Positions 13,945 to 28,380 are shown, counted from the whole stretch's first letter. The stretch: 54,297 bases of DNA, filler included, from Basidiobolus ranarum (GCA_040143965.1; 3 parts of 3 records of this genome joined end to end with filler, not necessarily neighbours in it), one strand, 5' to 3'. Numbers and translations are program-made. Notes: generated from the sequence alone by a model not told the origin.

Positions 13945-15627
13945 ATTGAGCGGCTCAAGAGTTGGTGCAAGTGAAACGTGAGGAAATAGGTGAATAGTGC
14001 TTCGATAGAGGCTAGTTGGTCTTAGCAGAGCGAAGTGATGATGATAAGCATTACCTCAAGACCCCGATTCATTTATATACATTAGATACGGCAATCTTGG
14101 TGGGTTTTAGTGTCTATAAGTATGATTGGATGTTAGCTGGTAGTTCCAGGAGAGGTTAGGTCTACATGTAATACTTCTAGACAAAATCATGATAACGGCA
14201 TTCGTTGAGATACGGTTCCAAGCGTTGGCGAATTCTCCCATAATATACAGCATATAGCGTTCCAATCTGATCCAATTTGGAACTCCCACGTGTCAAAATA
14301 GAGCCCATCAGATGGCTTTGTACGACATCTGAGCATCCGTAAATGCCAGGCAATGAAAAGCACAGTATTGCTCACTCTAAGGAATGCAATTCAGCCGACG
14401 CTATGGAGCGTGATGGTATTCAAGCTACTTCAAAAATCGAACTCATTTGCTGCTCACATGTCGATGAGGCAGCTATTGCACCCGTTTCTCTCCAAACACT
14501 ATAAAGTCACATGTAGTGGTACTGCTTCCCCACACTGTCCGATCAGCTTAAAGAGACAGACATTATTCAACTGTTAGTCAAATTCAGGGACCAATCCTCT
14601 CTGGATTAAAATCTAGTAAATCTGTCTAGTATCATAATCGGTGTCCCTCGCCTTCCTAGAGCACTGTAGCGGTATTTGTCTGAGAATTCGAGGAAATATC
14701 AAGATATATTAGTCAGTTCAACATGGAGCTGGAACAAGTTGAAGGTTACAATCCTGTGGAATGAAAAATGCCAAAGTTTACATGTAAAATGGCCGTCAGA
14801 AATAGTGTTTATTTTCAAATATCAAAGATCCTCCGATTTCATACAGAAGAGTCATTTATTCACCAATATAGTCAGTTATTATGAGTATTCTAGTAACAGA
14901 TATGATTGCACTTGACTCTCAGCAAATCCCTGAAGAGAATACGTGAGTGTGACTACAGGTACAAAATTAGGTATCTAAAGAGTTCTATGGCCAGTGTATT
15001 GTCACTCTTCTCTTAACATGTGAATCCAGACGTTCTCAAACTATCGCAAAGAGGATATAGAAGCATACAATGCAGATTGCTTATGGTCAATGTATCATAA
15101 ACAGCTCCTCTACTGTACAGGATACCAATCACCAATTGCTGTTGGGATAGGTGTATGTCTGAGGGATAAACAGCTTGCAAATAATCTGTGGAGTATATCC
15201 ACGAATAGGAATGCTTCCATCCTGTTCAGAGACATGGCATTAATAATCAGATAATTTATTCTTACGAGCTAGGATTTCCCACAAGTTCTGCATGATATGA
15301 GCAGCGCTGAAACGTATGCGTAGCTTCGTACTAGCACTGCTCCTCGCTCTATTTCTAAGCCATTCCAGATTGAAGTGTTACATAAAGTTCTTACTCTGCT
15401 CTCAAAAAACAAATGGAATCTTGTATAGCTTGGCGCTTCGCATCACTATAGGCAATTTTATTCTATAATGTGGATTTAGAAAATGCATATCATTTGTGTT
15501 TATCGTTTGAATTCTTCAGGTTTATTGGTAGTAACAAAGGTCAAAGTAGGTATAATCAAATTCATGGCTGTGCCTGTGATATCATTCCTATCAGCCTTGA
15601 ACGACTTTGGCAATAAAAATGTTGCTA

Positions 15628-16296
15628 TCAACGGAGCTCCGCAATCAATAAGGCATCTGTTACAGAAATATCTTTCTGGATTGGGTGTTCTAACTTAACC
15701 TCGACCAGCTTTGATATATACTTCTCTCTCTCTCCTTCAATGTAGGCCTTGTATTCTGGCACACCAGGGAATAATATGTTATCAGCAACTACAAAAGCTC
15801 CGGGATGAAGCCACTGTAACTCCTCGATAATCTTGAGATCTTGAACGTAAACATCTTTCCAATGATCGATAAATGCAAAGTCCACTTTATCAATGGCGTA
15901 TTTCTTCAAGAAGTCTTGACTGGTGGTTCGAAATTCCCCGATTATAATGGTGACCTTGGAAGATAAACCCGCTTGATCAATCACTTTTTGAGCCGTCTTC
16001 GCATATTCTGGGTTCAATTCGAAGGAGTAATAATGTCCTTTGGTGGGTAACTGGTTGGCAAATCGAACTGCGCTATATCCCAAATAGCCACCTAATTCTA
16101 TCATCACCTGTACTGGCTTTTGGTTGATTAAATCATCTATCACCTTACCTTTCTGACTTCCAATGTGCATCATTAGGTGCGTTGATGCGAATTCATCGAT
16201 GGCCGAGATGACGCTACGGGCATCACCGGTATTGGAGTTAGAAAGGACAAAGTCGAGGTACTCTTGAGTATCTATTTCGGTGTAAGAAGGGCTCAT
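15628..16296 (-). CDS. COMT: Catechol O-methyltransferase-like SAM-dependent methyltransferase, single exon
   Basis: 'MMHIGSQKG', SAM motif 'IELGGYLGYSA', metal/catalytic motifs 'FIDHWKDVY' and 'VVADNILFPG'. Confidence 0.9.
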   Translation of the reverse strand: MSPSYTEIDTQEYLDFVLSNSNTGDARSVISAIDEFASTHLMMHIGSQKGKVIDDLINQKPVQVMIELGGYLGYSAVRFANQLPTKGHYYSFELNPEYAKTAQKVIDQAGLSSKVTIIIGEFRTTSQDFLKKYAIDKVDFAFIDHWKDVYVQDLKIIEELQWLHPGAFVVADNILFPGVPEYKAYIEGEREKYISKLVEVKLEHPIQKDISVTDALLIAELR

Positions 16297-17068
16297 GATA
16301 GTGGAGGAGATTTGTGTGTTAGCTATTTGGCATATCTGACGAGTATTTATAGCATTCGTGCCAAGAATCAGGAATCCGGAACACTGTATAGTTTCTCAGG
16401 ATTACTAACTTCAGGGAGTCCTCATTGTGTGACATATAGGGTCACTTAGAAGTACACGACTAATATAAACTGTACAACTAAAGTCTTGAACAGCATACTG
16501 CGGTTGCGGTAGAGTATATGATACATGAGCGGACTTATCCACAGTGTCAAGTAATTTGAAATGTTCGGGATAAAATGCACATATATGGTAACGGAGAAGC
16601 GTGTGACTTCAAATCTGATATATGATTCAATAATCAGATAAGGGATATACCTACCTCCCAGTCTCCAATATGATAATTGATACCTCACATTCATCGAACT
16701 CGTAAATGTGTGCCCAGGCCGTGCTTATCACCGAGTAAGTGTTCCATCCAAAAGGTATAATGCATCCGCTTACTAATAGCTTGAAACACTCATAGCCAGT
16801 CATTGGCTCTATGTTGACACGTCACCCTCATAGGTAACCAAAGTGATGATTATGAGATACCACAGCTAAGATCTGATTAAGTTACCATGCACATTTATCA
16901 GATTCTCTAGAGATCCAGTTAGAATTCACTATTTTATTCACTTTCAATCAATTACAATCAGTGAAATGTCAACTGCTTCGTCGATTAATTAGATTTGGAA
17001 AGATTTAACATGCTGAACAAATGATGAATCTTGACTACTACAGATACTGAAAATCTAGCTCTGCTGCT

Positions 17069-18119
17069 TTAGATCCTAATACGATCACTCTCATTTGGAC
17101 AATAGACTTCCAAGTTTGGATCGAAAGTCCATATTTTACGACGTTGTTCAAAGGGAATCCAAAAATTGTTCCACAATCCTTTGGCAATATAAGCATGGGT
17201 CTTGCGACTGTAGAGAGGAGACATGTTAGTGCAAACTCGAGATTTTAGATTATGTTTCTACAAACCTGGGATGGAAGCAGTCAATGTTGGAAAGATGGTC
17301 AATGGGAAGACTTGAAACATCAATGTCGAGTGGGTGAAGGGTCAGGGCAAAGGTGTCGCTTGGTTGACTCTTGTAATCGAGATAAATCTTATTAAGTCTC
17401 TGATTGAAGGCGACGGCGCGATTATCCATATCCTTTCGTGACTCCTCTCCAAGCTTACCGCCAAGTAGAGCACATGGGCATTCAATGTTGAGATGTGGTA
17501 AACCTTTGATCTTTTGACTGCAATCAAAAGCAGATGAAGCTGGGCTTAGCACTTTTCACCAATGAAAGAAGTACATACATCCTATTTGTGAAAACTTACC
17601 AATATGGATCACTCTTGGTTTTTGCCCAAGTCTGACTTACATTGAAGACTCCACCTATTTAAATGAGAAATGGTTGAGCAAAACTCCCAATAAAACACTT
17701 TTCTGATATTGTATGTGTACCTAGACTGACAACTACTTTCGGAATTGCCTTTCTAACACGCTCGATAGCTGCACGAATGTTCTTCTCGTAAGCATCGGGG
17801 CCAGAAAATTGGAAAGCATCTAAGCATGCTTGGCACATATCATTACTACCCAATTGTAAAGTGAGCAATTTCCAATCGTTTTGAATATCAATTCCAGGGT
17901 AATTTTTAATACGTTTTAATAAGTAATCTACTTCCGTATCAAGATTGGTGGACAAGGCACCTGTCTGTGCTGCGTTAAGATTGTCTTGTTCAGGTCTATA
18001 TTGGAATGGAGGGCAGAGTGGACCTATCACCAAGATATGGCATACCAATCCAGCCGAAGTTAGTGTCTAAAGACTGTATGAAAAGTCAAAAAGTTACTTA
18101 CCGTAACATAACTCTACTA
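17069..18119 (-). CDS. Phospholipase B1-like SGNH/GDSL lipase, 5'-truncated by the contig end
   Basis: 'LNAAQTGA', 'NDWKLLTLQLGSNDMC', 'IECPC', and catalytic 'IDCFHP', typical of PLB1-type GDSL repeats. The last exon ends 'VYCPNESDRIRI*'. Confidence 0.85.
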
Positions 18120-18219
18120 NNNNNNNNNNNNNNNNNNNNNNNNNNNNNNNNNNNNNNNNNNNNTTAATTAATTAANNNNNNNNNNNNNNNNNNNNNNNNN
18201 NNNNNNNNNNNNNNNNNNN
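18120..18219. other. Artificial contig linker / assembly gap
   Basis: 100 nt of N with a central TTAATTAATTAA (stop codons in all six frames). Genes on both sides are cut mid-CDS. Confidence 0.97.
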
Positions 18220-21200
18220 AATCGGAAATTTTAAATGCATTTTTGAATTCCCTGTGTGCTAACAACAACGAATATCAAGAGGCATTGTTTCCCGACAAAG
18301 ATGATCTCTTCTTGAGTGACTATTGTGAGAACGATTACAAATATTCTGAAGCTCATCGTGGTAAACCCTGTGGACATGTGTTTAGGAGGGGTGAGGCCAT
18401 TTACTGGTGCAGGTAGGCTTTTAATCAAATCCTGCGTATAACAAACTGTTCTTTGAAGTCTATAATTGCTTATCAACTTTTATGACATCGATATGCAGAA
18501 CTTGTGGTTTAGATGATACTTGCGTATTGTGCTCAAGATGCTTTCAGGCCACAGATCATCAAGATCATGACACCAATTTTTCCATCAATTCTGGCTCAGG
18601 TGGTTGCTGCGATTGTGGAGATTTCGAAGCTTGGAAAATCCCTTTGCGTTGTGTATATCACTCGCCAGATTACGAATCTTCTGACGATAAATCTTCCACT
18701 GAATCAGAGGTTGATGCAAATCAAGGAATACCGGAAGATCTGTTGATTTCAATGCGTGAAACAATCGCCACAGTTCTCGATTTTATATTAGAGACCTGCT
18801 TGCTGTCCCCAACAAGATGGCACGAGCAAGTGTTCGATCTTGAGAGTATCAGAAGGGAAGCTTTGACATCCGGTGTCTATATTTCTCCTGAGGAAGTGGA
18901 GCAAACCACGTACGCATGTATACTTTGGAATGATGAATCTCACAATTTTGATGAAGTAATTGCTCAAATCCGGGAGGCTACTGGGGGTTCAACTAGAGAA
19001 GCCACAAAGATTGCCAATAAGGCTAACAGTCATGTAAGTTTTATTTCGAATTCTACTCCGTCAATGCTCTGATAAACTTATTGTTATTGAATGTAGGGGC
19101 GTGCAATAGTTGAAATATCTACTGATGTTGAGCGTTTAATCCATATTGCTACATCATTGTTCTCTATTGGTTTGCATGTTACCATTCGATCTGGACGAGA
19201 TACATTCCGTGAAGAAGTTACCGGTATGTTGATAGATTGGCTAAAAGAGCTTTGTTCGGCTCGGCGTGGTGAGATTACCAGTGCCTATCATGGTAAAGTT
19301 TCCGATTCTCTAATCCAAATCGTTGGGGATGAACTTGGTGAGACGTGGAGAAATCAACCTGTCAATATCAAAGAAATATTGGGAATATCAACGTTTATCT
19401 CTGAAGAGATTGTACGATTTGATCAATTACTATTGTATGATGCGTGTCTATGGAAGGAGGCAAAGGTCACTTTAAGGGAATTTTATGTTTCTTTATTCGC
19501 CAATGCTCCAGAATTAAAGAAGTTTATTGGTAAAGTTATCGATATTTCATCTCAAAAAGTATAATTTGCTAATTCTAACATACTGGATATCGTTTTAGCA
19601 TCCAGATTTGCCATCACTTACACTAAGCTTTGTGAGAATTTTCTAATTAATGACCAGGAGCTTGAAGAGTCGATCATGCTGTTTACCGTCCAAATTTTCA
19701 CTGTTCCTACGCTGTCTGCAATGCTAGTACGCGAATATAGTTTCATTACCACAATGTTGGTTATATTACGCTCGTATTTCCTGCGAGGTGAAATTCTTCC
19801 ACAGGAAGCGATAGACACTGTCGGTGCTTTAGTAGATTGTGAATCTGCAGCTATGAGTAGTCGCAAATATTTTCATATATTTGATGATTTCAGATATTTA
19901 ACATGCTCAGAGAATGTGAAATCAATCGTACCCCACGAGCCGCTGTTTCTATCACAATATATCGAATTTGTCTCTATCTTTCAGGGCATGAATCCTATCA
20001 AACGATACGTCAATCAACATATCGAATTTGAAACCCAAGTTGCTGAGAATGCTATGAATGCCACGCTATATTTGGCCGAACTGAACAGGCACTTTGCAGG
20101 ATGCTATGGAAACGACGGGAAAATGCTAGGTGATGCAATACTTCGAATTGTCGGCCAGATATCTTTCTGGATGAATTTCACCAGACCTGGGGAATTTGTC
20201 TATTCTCCACCAAGCTTCAAGTCAGAAAGGGGAATCACCATTATTGACTACCAGGTTCACAGCCAATTTGTTTCGTTCCATCATCCGTTACATTGGTTTT
20301 TTGGGCACTTGCTAGAAAACATTGAATGTTTGCAAGAGGAAACCCTAAGGAAATATAGTTGGAAGTCACTATTTGATTTGTTTAAAAGCGGAACTTTGGT
20401 CGAAGAAGCCCCGGATGAGGGCACCAAGCGTCTATTAATGATATTCGATCATCCCATTAGAGGTAAGGCGATTTCTACGCTGAGTATATTCAAGTGATAT
20501 TCTAAACCCTTATAAAAAATGTGTCTAGTATGCGCCCTTCTGGCACAAATCAGGGCTGGTATATGGGTTAGAAATGGATTTGAAATCAAGGATCAGGTAT
20601 AGGCCATTTATATGTAAATATCATACGAAGTTAAAATACCATAGCTACAGGTTGTACTAATGCCATCAATTTGTAGGCCGAGCAATATTTAGATCCATCC
20701 TTGAGAGAGAACACTTTTGATCTGGATTTGCTGATCGTTCAAGCTGCTTTTTCAGTCCTTGCCCCTGAACAGATCATTTTAACGATATTAGACAGATACG
20801 CATTACTCGATTGGTTCAATGGAAATTTGAATTCAACCTTGTACGATAAACCACAAATGTCAGTAATGATTGAGGAGTTGCTTCATCTATTCATAATCTG
20901 CATTGGTGAGCGTTTTATCATCGCAAAGGCATCGATGAGAGAAAGAGTTATGAGAGAAATTATTCACGGATGCGTACGACCTATTGCTTATTCTGAATTG
21001 ACAGAGCGTATCTCGGAGCGTCTCACGGAATATGAGGCCTTTGACGAAATCCTCAAGCAAGTTACACATTTCAGACCTCCCGATGGTGTTTCTGATCATG
21101 GCCTATATGAACTTGAACCTGAATACTACGATAAGATTGATCCTTATTTCATTCATTATACTCGTCAGGATCGAGACGAGGCTGAGGAGATACTGAAGAA

Positions 21201-23937
21201 ACGAGCTAACAGCGAAAGTATTCTACATGTTCCCACATTGCTCTCACTAGACGATACTCCTTTCTCTGGTTTGTCCAATGTAATCGAGTCCCGCGTTTTC
21301 TATTAAATGAATACACGAAGCCTTCACTACGCTTTGCAATTAGGCGAGGGAAGTATTTCTATCGTGGACGAAGCTCTACATCTACTCATAATGATAGTGA
21401 ACTCGGATAACTGTGAAGTCGACAAGAAACTCGCCAGCTATTCAGTATGCGAGCTAAAGATTGGTAGCGGTACTGCTGAGGAAATGGAGAAGACTTCATT
21501 AATCGAGCTACTTCTACAATTCTCTAACTTGAAGAAATTTTCTGAATCTCATCGTAAAGCGAAGTTCATTTTACAGAAACTTGAAAATTCGGGGGATGAA
21601 TCGGTTATCCGTGCTATCGCTCAATACGGAGTGAATGAAAATGAGGAGAACGAATTAACCTCAAAAACCAACTTTCGAAAGCAAACAGCTAGAGATTCTC
21701 AAGCGCGCATCATGAGTCAGTTTGCTCAAGCACAACAGCAATTTCTCGAGCATAACAAAGGGATATATGATGATATGGATGTAGATGATGTTGATGAAGA
21801 TGAACTAACTCCCGCTAAATCCAAAAAACAACGTTTATGGGAGAATCCCTCGGGTCCTTGTATTGTTTGTCAAGAAGAGTTGGATCAGAACAGTTGGTAT
21901 GGAATGGTCGGATTTGTTCAACTTTCTAACACTGTTAGGTATACTCCAATGGACAATGACAAGATCATACGAGAGCTATTCTATCATGTTGATTCGCTTG
22001 ATAAGCCACTTAGCGACGACACTTCTGGTAACGCTGAGAGATTTCAAGACAATCCTTTTAAATCCTATCGTGAAGGTATCCACGCATCTTCTTGTGGCCA
22101 CTTAATGCACCAGCATTGCTTTGAAAATTATATTTCATCTCAGTCAGCTGGACACTCACGATCAGTTCAAAAGGAATTCCTTTGTCCTTTATGTAAATCC
22201 CTCGGCAACATATTAATACCAATAACCCAGTATGATGAGCAAATATTCGAGGATTACAAATCCGATGCGGAATTCGAGCTCTGGATTAAAAATTCCTTTA
22301 TTCCTTCATTGACAAAATCTCACAAAAGCGTGACTAGAAGTGAGGCTCCACCTTCTGACACCAGCTCTTTGAACAAGGAGGCTTCGGAAGATCCAATCGA
22401 ACTTTATGATAATATGATTAGTACGGTCGAAAAGATTTGTTCAGAATCCTCAGGAGAGCATCTTAAAGAACTGAGTTCACCGGAGATGCTTATAGAGGTG
22501 CTATCTAGCACTATAACATGCATAGAAATATCACATCGCGGCGCGGCGAGTAAAAATTTCAATCATTTAAGTGAGTCTTTATTACATCGTATCGATCAGC
22601 CTACCTGGACTATACTACGCGTATTATCCGAAGCCATCGTCCAAGTGAACTCGTCCAAATCACCTGGAGAATCTTATGTTGATCAAAGCCTGGCGAATAT
22701 CGTTGATAGATTACTTGCATTTCGATGGGAGGATGATGATCCGAAGCTGGAACATCTTGATCCTATCCTGAATGACGATCCATTTGCTCTACTTGTTGGG
22801 TTATCCAAGTTCATTGTTCCACATCACAAATTGGACCTTTTCTACCTCATACGAGTCATTTACCTACTTCAGGTGACTAGAGTGGTAATTGCTACTTGGG
22901 AAGCTGTGATTTTACGTGATAGCGATTCGTTCGATGATAAATACTCACAGGTGGATGGGGCGTCTCAAGAGCCCGAAATACCATCTGAGCAAAAGTTTAT
23001 CGGCCAAGTCCTTACATTATCAGGGAAATCCGAAGCTCAAATCGCTGCCTTTTTTTCCATCGTAGGCCAGCCAGTTTTAAGCTCATTCGTCCGCATATCT
23101 TGTCTTCCTCTGCTAAGAAAATCACTTATCTTATTTCAAGCATGCTTTGGGTTCGTTCCTCCCTACGCCCAAGCAGAAAACGAGCTAGATGAAGATGATG
23201 GGGAGTTTGAACGTTTATGTAGATACTTCCGAATCCCCGATATGTCCAAATCTTGTCGAATGAATAACATGATTGAAGGATGGTGCAAGCATATAGCTTT
23301 CCAGTGCCAAGATGGCCGATCCAAAATACGATTACAATTCCCTGGGCTGTATGAGTTAGTTAAGTTGCCCGGTACGCTTGACATTCTTGTCCAGGAAAGC
23401 ACTGTAACAACCTGCTCCAACTGTCGAAAAATACCTGAATATCCAGCGCTATGTTTGTTATGTGGTAGAATTCTATGTTATCAAAGCTCCTGCTGTTCTA
23501 TCGACCAAGTAGGCGAATGTTATCGACACATAAAAAAGTAAGTACTCACCATCCATGCAAAGCCGCCGCACTATACACATGTTTAACGGCACTTCTTGTT
23601 TATTTAGTTGTGGCAAAACCGTAGGCATCTTTATGTTAATCAATCAGAGCATCATTGCGTTGTTGTATGGGTCTAGTGGATGTGTTTTGGATGCGCCCTA
23701 TCTTGATGTACATGGTGAAGTAGATCCTGGTTTAATGTAAGTCATCATTTAATGTTTGTTCAAGTTTTACGGAGTGAATTCTCAAACACTTCATTATCTA
23801 GCCGTGGTCGCCCCCTATTCCTTAACCAACGCCGCTATGACGAGTTAAGAAGAATATGGCTTTCGCATACTGTACCTTCCTATATTGCACGTAGAGAGGA
23901 ACAGTATTACGAAATTTCTTGGTGGAGCACACTGTAG
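18220..23937 (+). CDS. UBR1: N-end-rule E3 ubiquitin ligase UBR1/UBR2 (N-recognin), 5'-truncated, in-frame TAA at 21304-21306
   Basis: UBR box 'CGHVFRRGEAIYWCR|TCGLDDTCVLCSRCF...GGCCDCGD.EAW', ClpS-like 'ILWNDESHNFDEVI', 'VSFHHPLHWF', 'GIWVRNG', RING 'CIVCQE...SSCGHLMHQHC...EFLCPLCKSLGN', and C-terminal 'PALCLLCG...APYLDVHGEVD...RGRPLFL'. Confidence 0.95.
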
Positions 23938-25444
23938 AATCCTCCAAATCAGTATCGTCACGGCAAATGATTTTATTTTTTATCATGAAATGTTTTATTA
24001 GCAAATTCTCAGATTGGTCGTTTTTTTATCTCATGTAAATTCCCCTGCTTTAACCTGCTCTATGAACGATCACAATTTTTGAGTCAACTCCTGATGATTT
24101 ATTAGCGAACATAATCAAAATATAGAGCCTCAATGGATTAATCAAACATCATTTTTTGAGTGTGGCATCAATGAACCACGACACACTTAACTGTGTGAAG
24201 CTATAGAAGCTTAAATAAATGAAAATCTTAGTGAAACCCCTCTGCGCTCTTTAGAGCACCCATGGCTTGGTGGACGATTCATGGCACCCAGTCAAAGGAA
24301 GGAAACCAATTAGTATTAGACATACCTACAGTAGCAAGCCATCCTTTGGCGGAAAGGGCGGCGCTTTTCCTCTGAGGGCATAGAATCCAGCCTTCGGCCC
24401 CACTGTACAGAATAGAGTCATTGTCAACCACCTGAACTCCATGCTCGATCAGCACTTACCAATGACGGTCTGCAGCACTTGGGTTGCACAGGTCATACAT
24501 TTAGCCACCATCGCTTACCAGATAATGTGTGTTAATTAGTGATGTCGGGATTGCATTCTCAAGATTTGGGATATTGCCAAATCAACACTCAGCCAAATGA
24601 ATTTAGTTTCAGTTGGTGCAACTGGGGAAATCAATCAAAGCATTGCAATCTCTTCATCCCAAAACTCTCTTCGAATGACAATCTTAGATAAGCATTTCAG
24701 TGTATTTCCAAGTGCTGCATCATAATCTCCAAACCCCACAACTAATTATTAGTGATGCTTCTTCATTGTCACATCCCCATGGTGATTATTGCACGTCGTA
24801 CCTTCTACTCATTGCTGGCTGTTGTTCGTTTCATTGTTACATACATGTTGGCAGATTTATTTATCACCGATAATCCCGGTCGATCCTGGTATCACTCATC
24901 TTTGGAAGAGTCTACATTTGGCGTATGCATCATCACTTGTCGATGCAAAATTCCCGATGAAATTGTTCCAGGATATTTATTTCATTCTTTTGTATTGCAT
25001 AATGATCATAATGTGGATTCTTAAAGTGCACTTAATATTATGGTGAATTAAGATCTTTCTGTGCGGATACCTTATTTTACTCTTAGCCATCCTTTCAAAC
25101 CTCTTGATACAATCTGGGCATCACCTGAATTGTGCCAACCCCTTGAACCGACCTCTGCTTTGTTCGTTTGCCATCACACATCCTTCATCTCTTCATAAGC
25201 CCTCAAATCATCTAACTCTCCCTTTCCATCTACCACGGTCGTGGGCCAGAACAACCTGATCTTATCGATATAAAAAATACTGTCTCCCTCTATTCTCTGA
25301 AACCAGTACTTTCAGAATATACTAGGATCTTTTGACTGTTTGTCGATATTTTAGATACCAAGCAAAACTTTCTTATTTGAAGCCTCTACATTATCCTTGC
25401 ATTTATTTTCGTATAGACTTTGCTTATTTTTCTATCTCCTACCA

Positions 25445-27244
25445 ATGGCCCACACATCGAGCAGCTCACATTCCTCAAGTTCTGGACCAACGATTATTGG
25501 GGACCAGTTCAAAATTGGAAAAAAGATAGGTGAAGGAAGTTTTGGTGTCATTTATGAAGGTATTTTAACTTTGGTAAAACAACTTGTTTCTTCCGATAAA
25601 TACTTAATGCTTTCTTTCTAGGTGTTCATATTGCCAAGAACCAAACTGTGGCCATTAAATTTGTATCTTTTTTTGATAAATAGATGTTTATATATATATA
25701 TATATATATCAAGTGGGGTGAGGATTTTGGAAACATTGATTCCTTAACTATAGCGCCATTAAGGAACCTCGAAAAAGTGATGCTCCTCAACTGCGTGATG
25801 AGTACAGGACATACAAGATTCTCGCAGGAACTCGTAAGGCTCTTTATTAATAGATTCCAAGTTTTATCTCTTCTAATGTTCATTTCTCACGTCAGCTGGA
25901 GTTCCTTGTGCATACTATTTTGGTCAAGAAGGGATGCATAATTTCATGGTAATCGATTTACTTGGCCCCAGTCTGGAAGACTTGTTTGAAATGTGTCGTA
26001 GAAAATTCAGCGTCAAGTCGGTTGCCATGTTGGCTAAACAAATGGTTAGCGTGACGAGTTAAACACTCTTTTTACATTTCGCATAGTTAACCCAGACTTC
26101 AATACTACCCTTGAATATATAGCTGACTAGAGTAGAAGCGGTTCATGATCACCATTTGATTTATCGAGATATCAAGCCTGACAATTTTTTAACTGGCCGA
26201 CTAAATACCAAACAATGCAATATGGTTTACCTGATTGATTTCGGAATGGCTAAGCAGTATCGTGACCCGAAGACCAGACAGCATATTCCATACAGAGAGC
26301 GAAAGAGTCTAAGCGGAACTGCTCGTTATATGAGCATCAATACCCATCTTGGTCGAGGTGAGCAGTATTTACACGATTATTGCTGGATTATTCATCTGTT
26401 AAGCTATTGAACTTTATTGTAGAGCAATCACGTCGTGATGACTTAGAATCCCTTGGACATGTATTCTTCTATTTTCTACGCGGATCTCTCCCTTGGCAAG
26501 GTTTGAAGGCAGCTACAAACAAACAGAAATACGAAAGAATCGGCGAAAAGAAGCAAACCACCCCGGTTAAGGAACTGTGTGAAGGCTTTCCAGGTATGTG
26601 ACACCAACACATTTCGAAACCACCTCATTCTTGATTGTGACCAACTAACGAATCTGTGTGTAGATGAATTCGCTACCTACTTAACCCATGTTCGTAAACT
26701 TGGCTTTGAGGAGACGCCCAATTACAACTATCTCGGGGGACTCTTCGACAAAGTTCTGTTGAAACTTGGTCAACAGGATGATGGCATATACGATTGGATG
26801 CTTCTTGATGGAAGTAGACGAATCGAAGTTAGTAATCTCACAAATACTGTATCTGTATTAGTTCCCATCTGATAACCATCATTCGTTTTCAAATAGAATG
26901 TTAAAGAATCAAACTTGAAGCCATTGGATCCTACACGTATGACTACCCGAGCTACCACCTCCCAACGCTATAGTGGCCATCCTCACCAATCACCTCGCTA
27001 CAGCACTGATACTCCACGCACGGCTGGAAACCGAGGCAACAACCACTCCACCCACATCTCACAACCTGAGAATGTGCTTTCGACTAATCCAAACCTACAA
27101 AAGTCAGCGTATCCTCTAAACAACAATGCCCCACCATCCATCCCTGCACCTCCTCAGCCGACCCCTCACACTCGAGACTCGGAGGAGAAGAAGGGAGTAT
27201 TTGGACATATTGCGGATATCCTAACCTGTCGTACTTGTAGCTAG
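25445..27244 (+). CDS. CK1: Casein kinase I, Yck/Cki (gamma-like) type, multi-exon
   Basis: '[12 protein letters not shown]', '[23 protein letters not shown]', '[10 protein letters not shown]', 'DFGMAK', '[25 protein letters not shown]', 'LPWQGLKA'; low-complexity tail ending 'LTCRTCS*'. Confidence 0.96.
25689..25709. repeat. (TA)n microsatellite within a CK1 intron
   Basis: About 10 perfect TA units. Confidence 0.9.
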
Positions 27245-28380
27245 ACTTACTATAATGCGAATGGTTCATCCGGCATCCCTGCTGTCATCATAGCTATCAT
27301 CATCGCAGCTTTAGAAACTCATACTAAAGAATCTACAGTTTGCACGAGTACCTTTTTCCACTTTATTCCGATCACCCTTCATTATTTTTTTCGACATCTA
27401 TTGTCTCGATTTTCTTTCCATCTTGTGTACAGATAGAGGTCTTCAAAAGCCCTAATGTCCGAGTTTAAACAAGACGGTGCCTAATTTCTCACCATCTTTC
27501 ATTTTTAATACTCCAAAGAAACATTGTCTCTATCGCACCTCTCTCCCCCACACTTCATCAAGGAATTTTTTTGAAACTATCGACCATGTTACTTGCACCC
27601 CTCATACACATTCCCTTTTACTATACACGCATATATATATATTGTGGCTTTGATTTCGACATGTTTTTGTCAACTAATCATGGGTTCGTGACCTTATTCT
27701 CCTTATGATTCAACCCTTTTTATTAAAGAAAGTATGCCAGCTCTGAATCGCTTCGATCTAACCCACCCCAATCCAACCGGATACCCGACCCTATGGAGCA
27801 CTCATCAATAGAATATCTATAATGTATGATTTAATTACAGTTGTATACGTAGCTATATATATCCTATTCTGATTCAGAGCCATTCAAATCATCGATAGGC
27901 GAATGATGGCTGAGAACGCTTCGTAGCAATTTAGCGCCGTGCATCACATAGGAACAGTCTCCAGCGGCAGCTACTATATTTGAGTGAAGCAATTTGCTCA
28001 TATTAAGAAGAGCATATATCTTCATGTTACATTAAACTCACTTTTGATTAACTCACCTTAATATTGCTTTCTAAATTGGAAAGACTAAAAATAGGGAATT
28101 ACCAAATATAGTGACCATATTATGTTTAGCTTCCCTAAATCAACACAAAAATTGGGTCCAGCGATATCCTTAAACCAGATTAAGCTTTTCTTATATTGAA
28201 TTTTCAAATTTTCAACCGGAATTTTTCTGATTTTTTCCTTTATACACAAGGGGGGGGGATTTTTTTGTTGAGAGATAATTACTATTCCTTGCTTTCTTAC
28301 TTTCCTTTTCATACTTTTTGTCCTCACATACAAGTCTTCCTTCAAATAATTCTATTAAGTTAAAAGATAAATCCTCTGTT

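Noticed and set aside
24752-25046. ORFs upstream of CK1 as possible uORFs
   Set aside because: Non-ATG starts and no evidence that they lie within the transcript.
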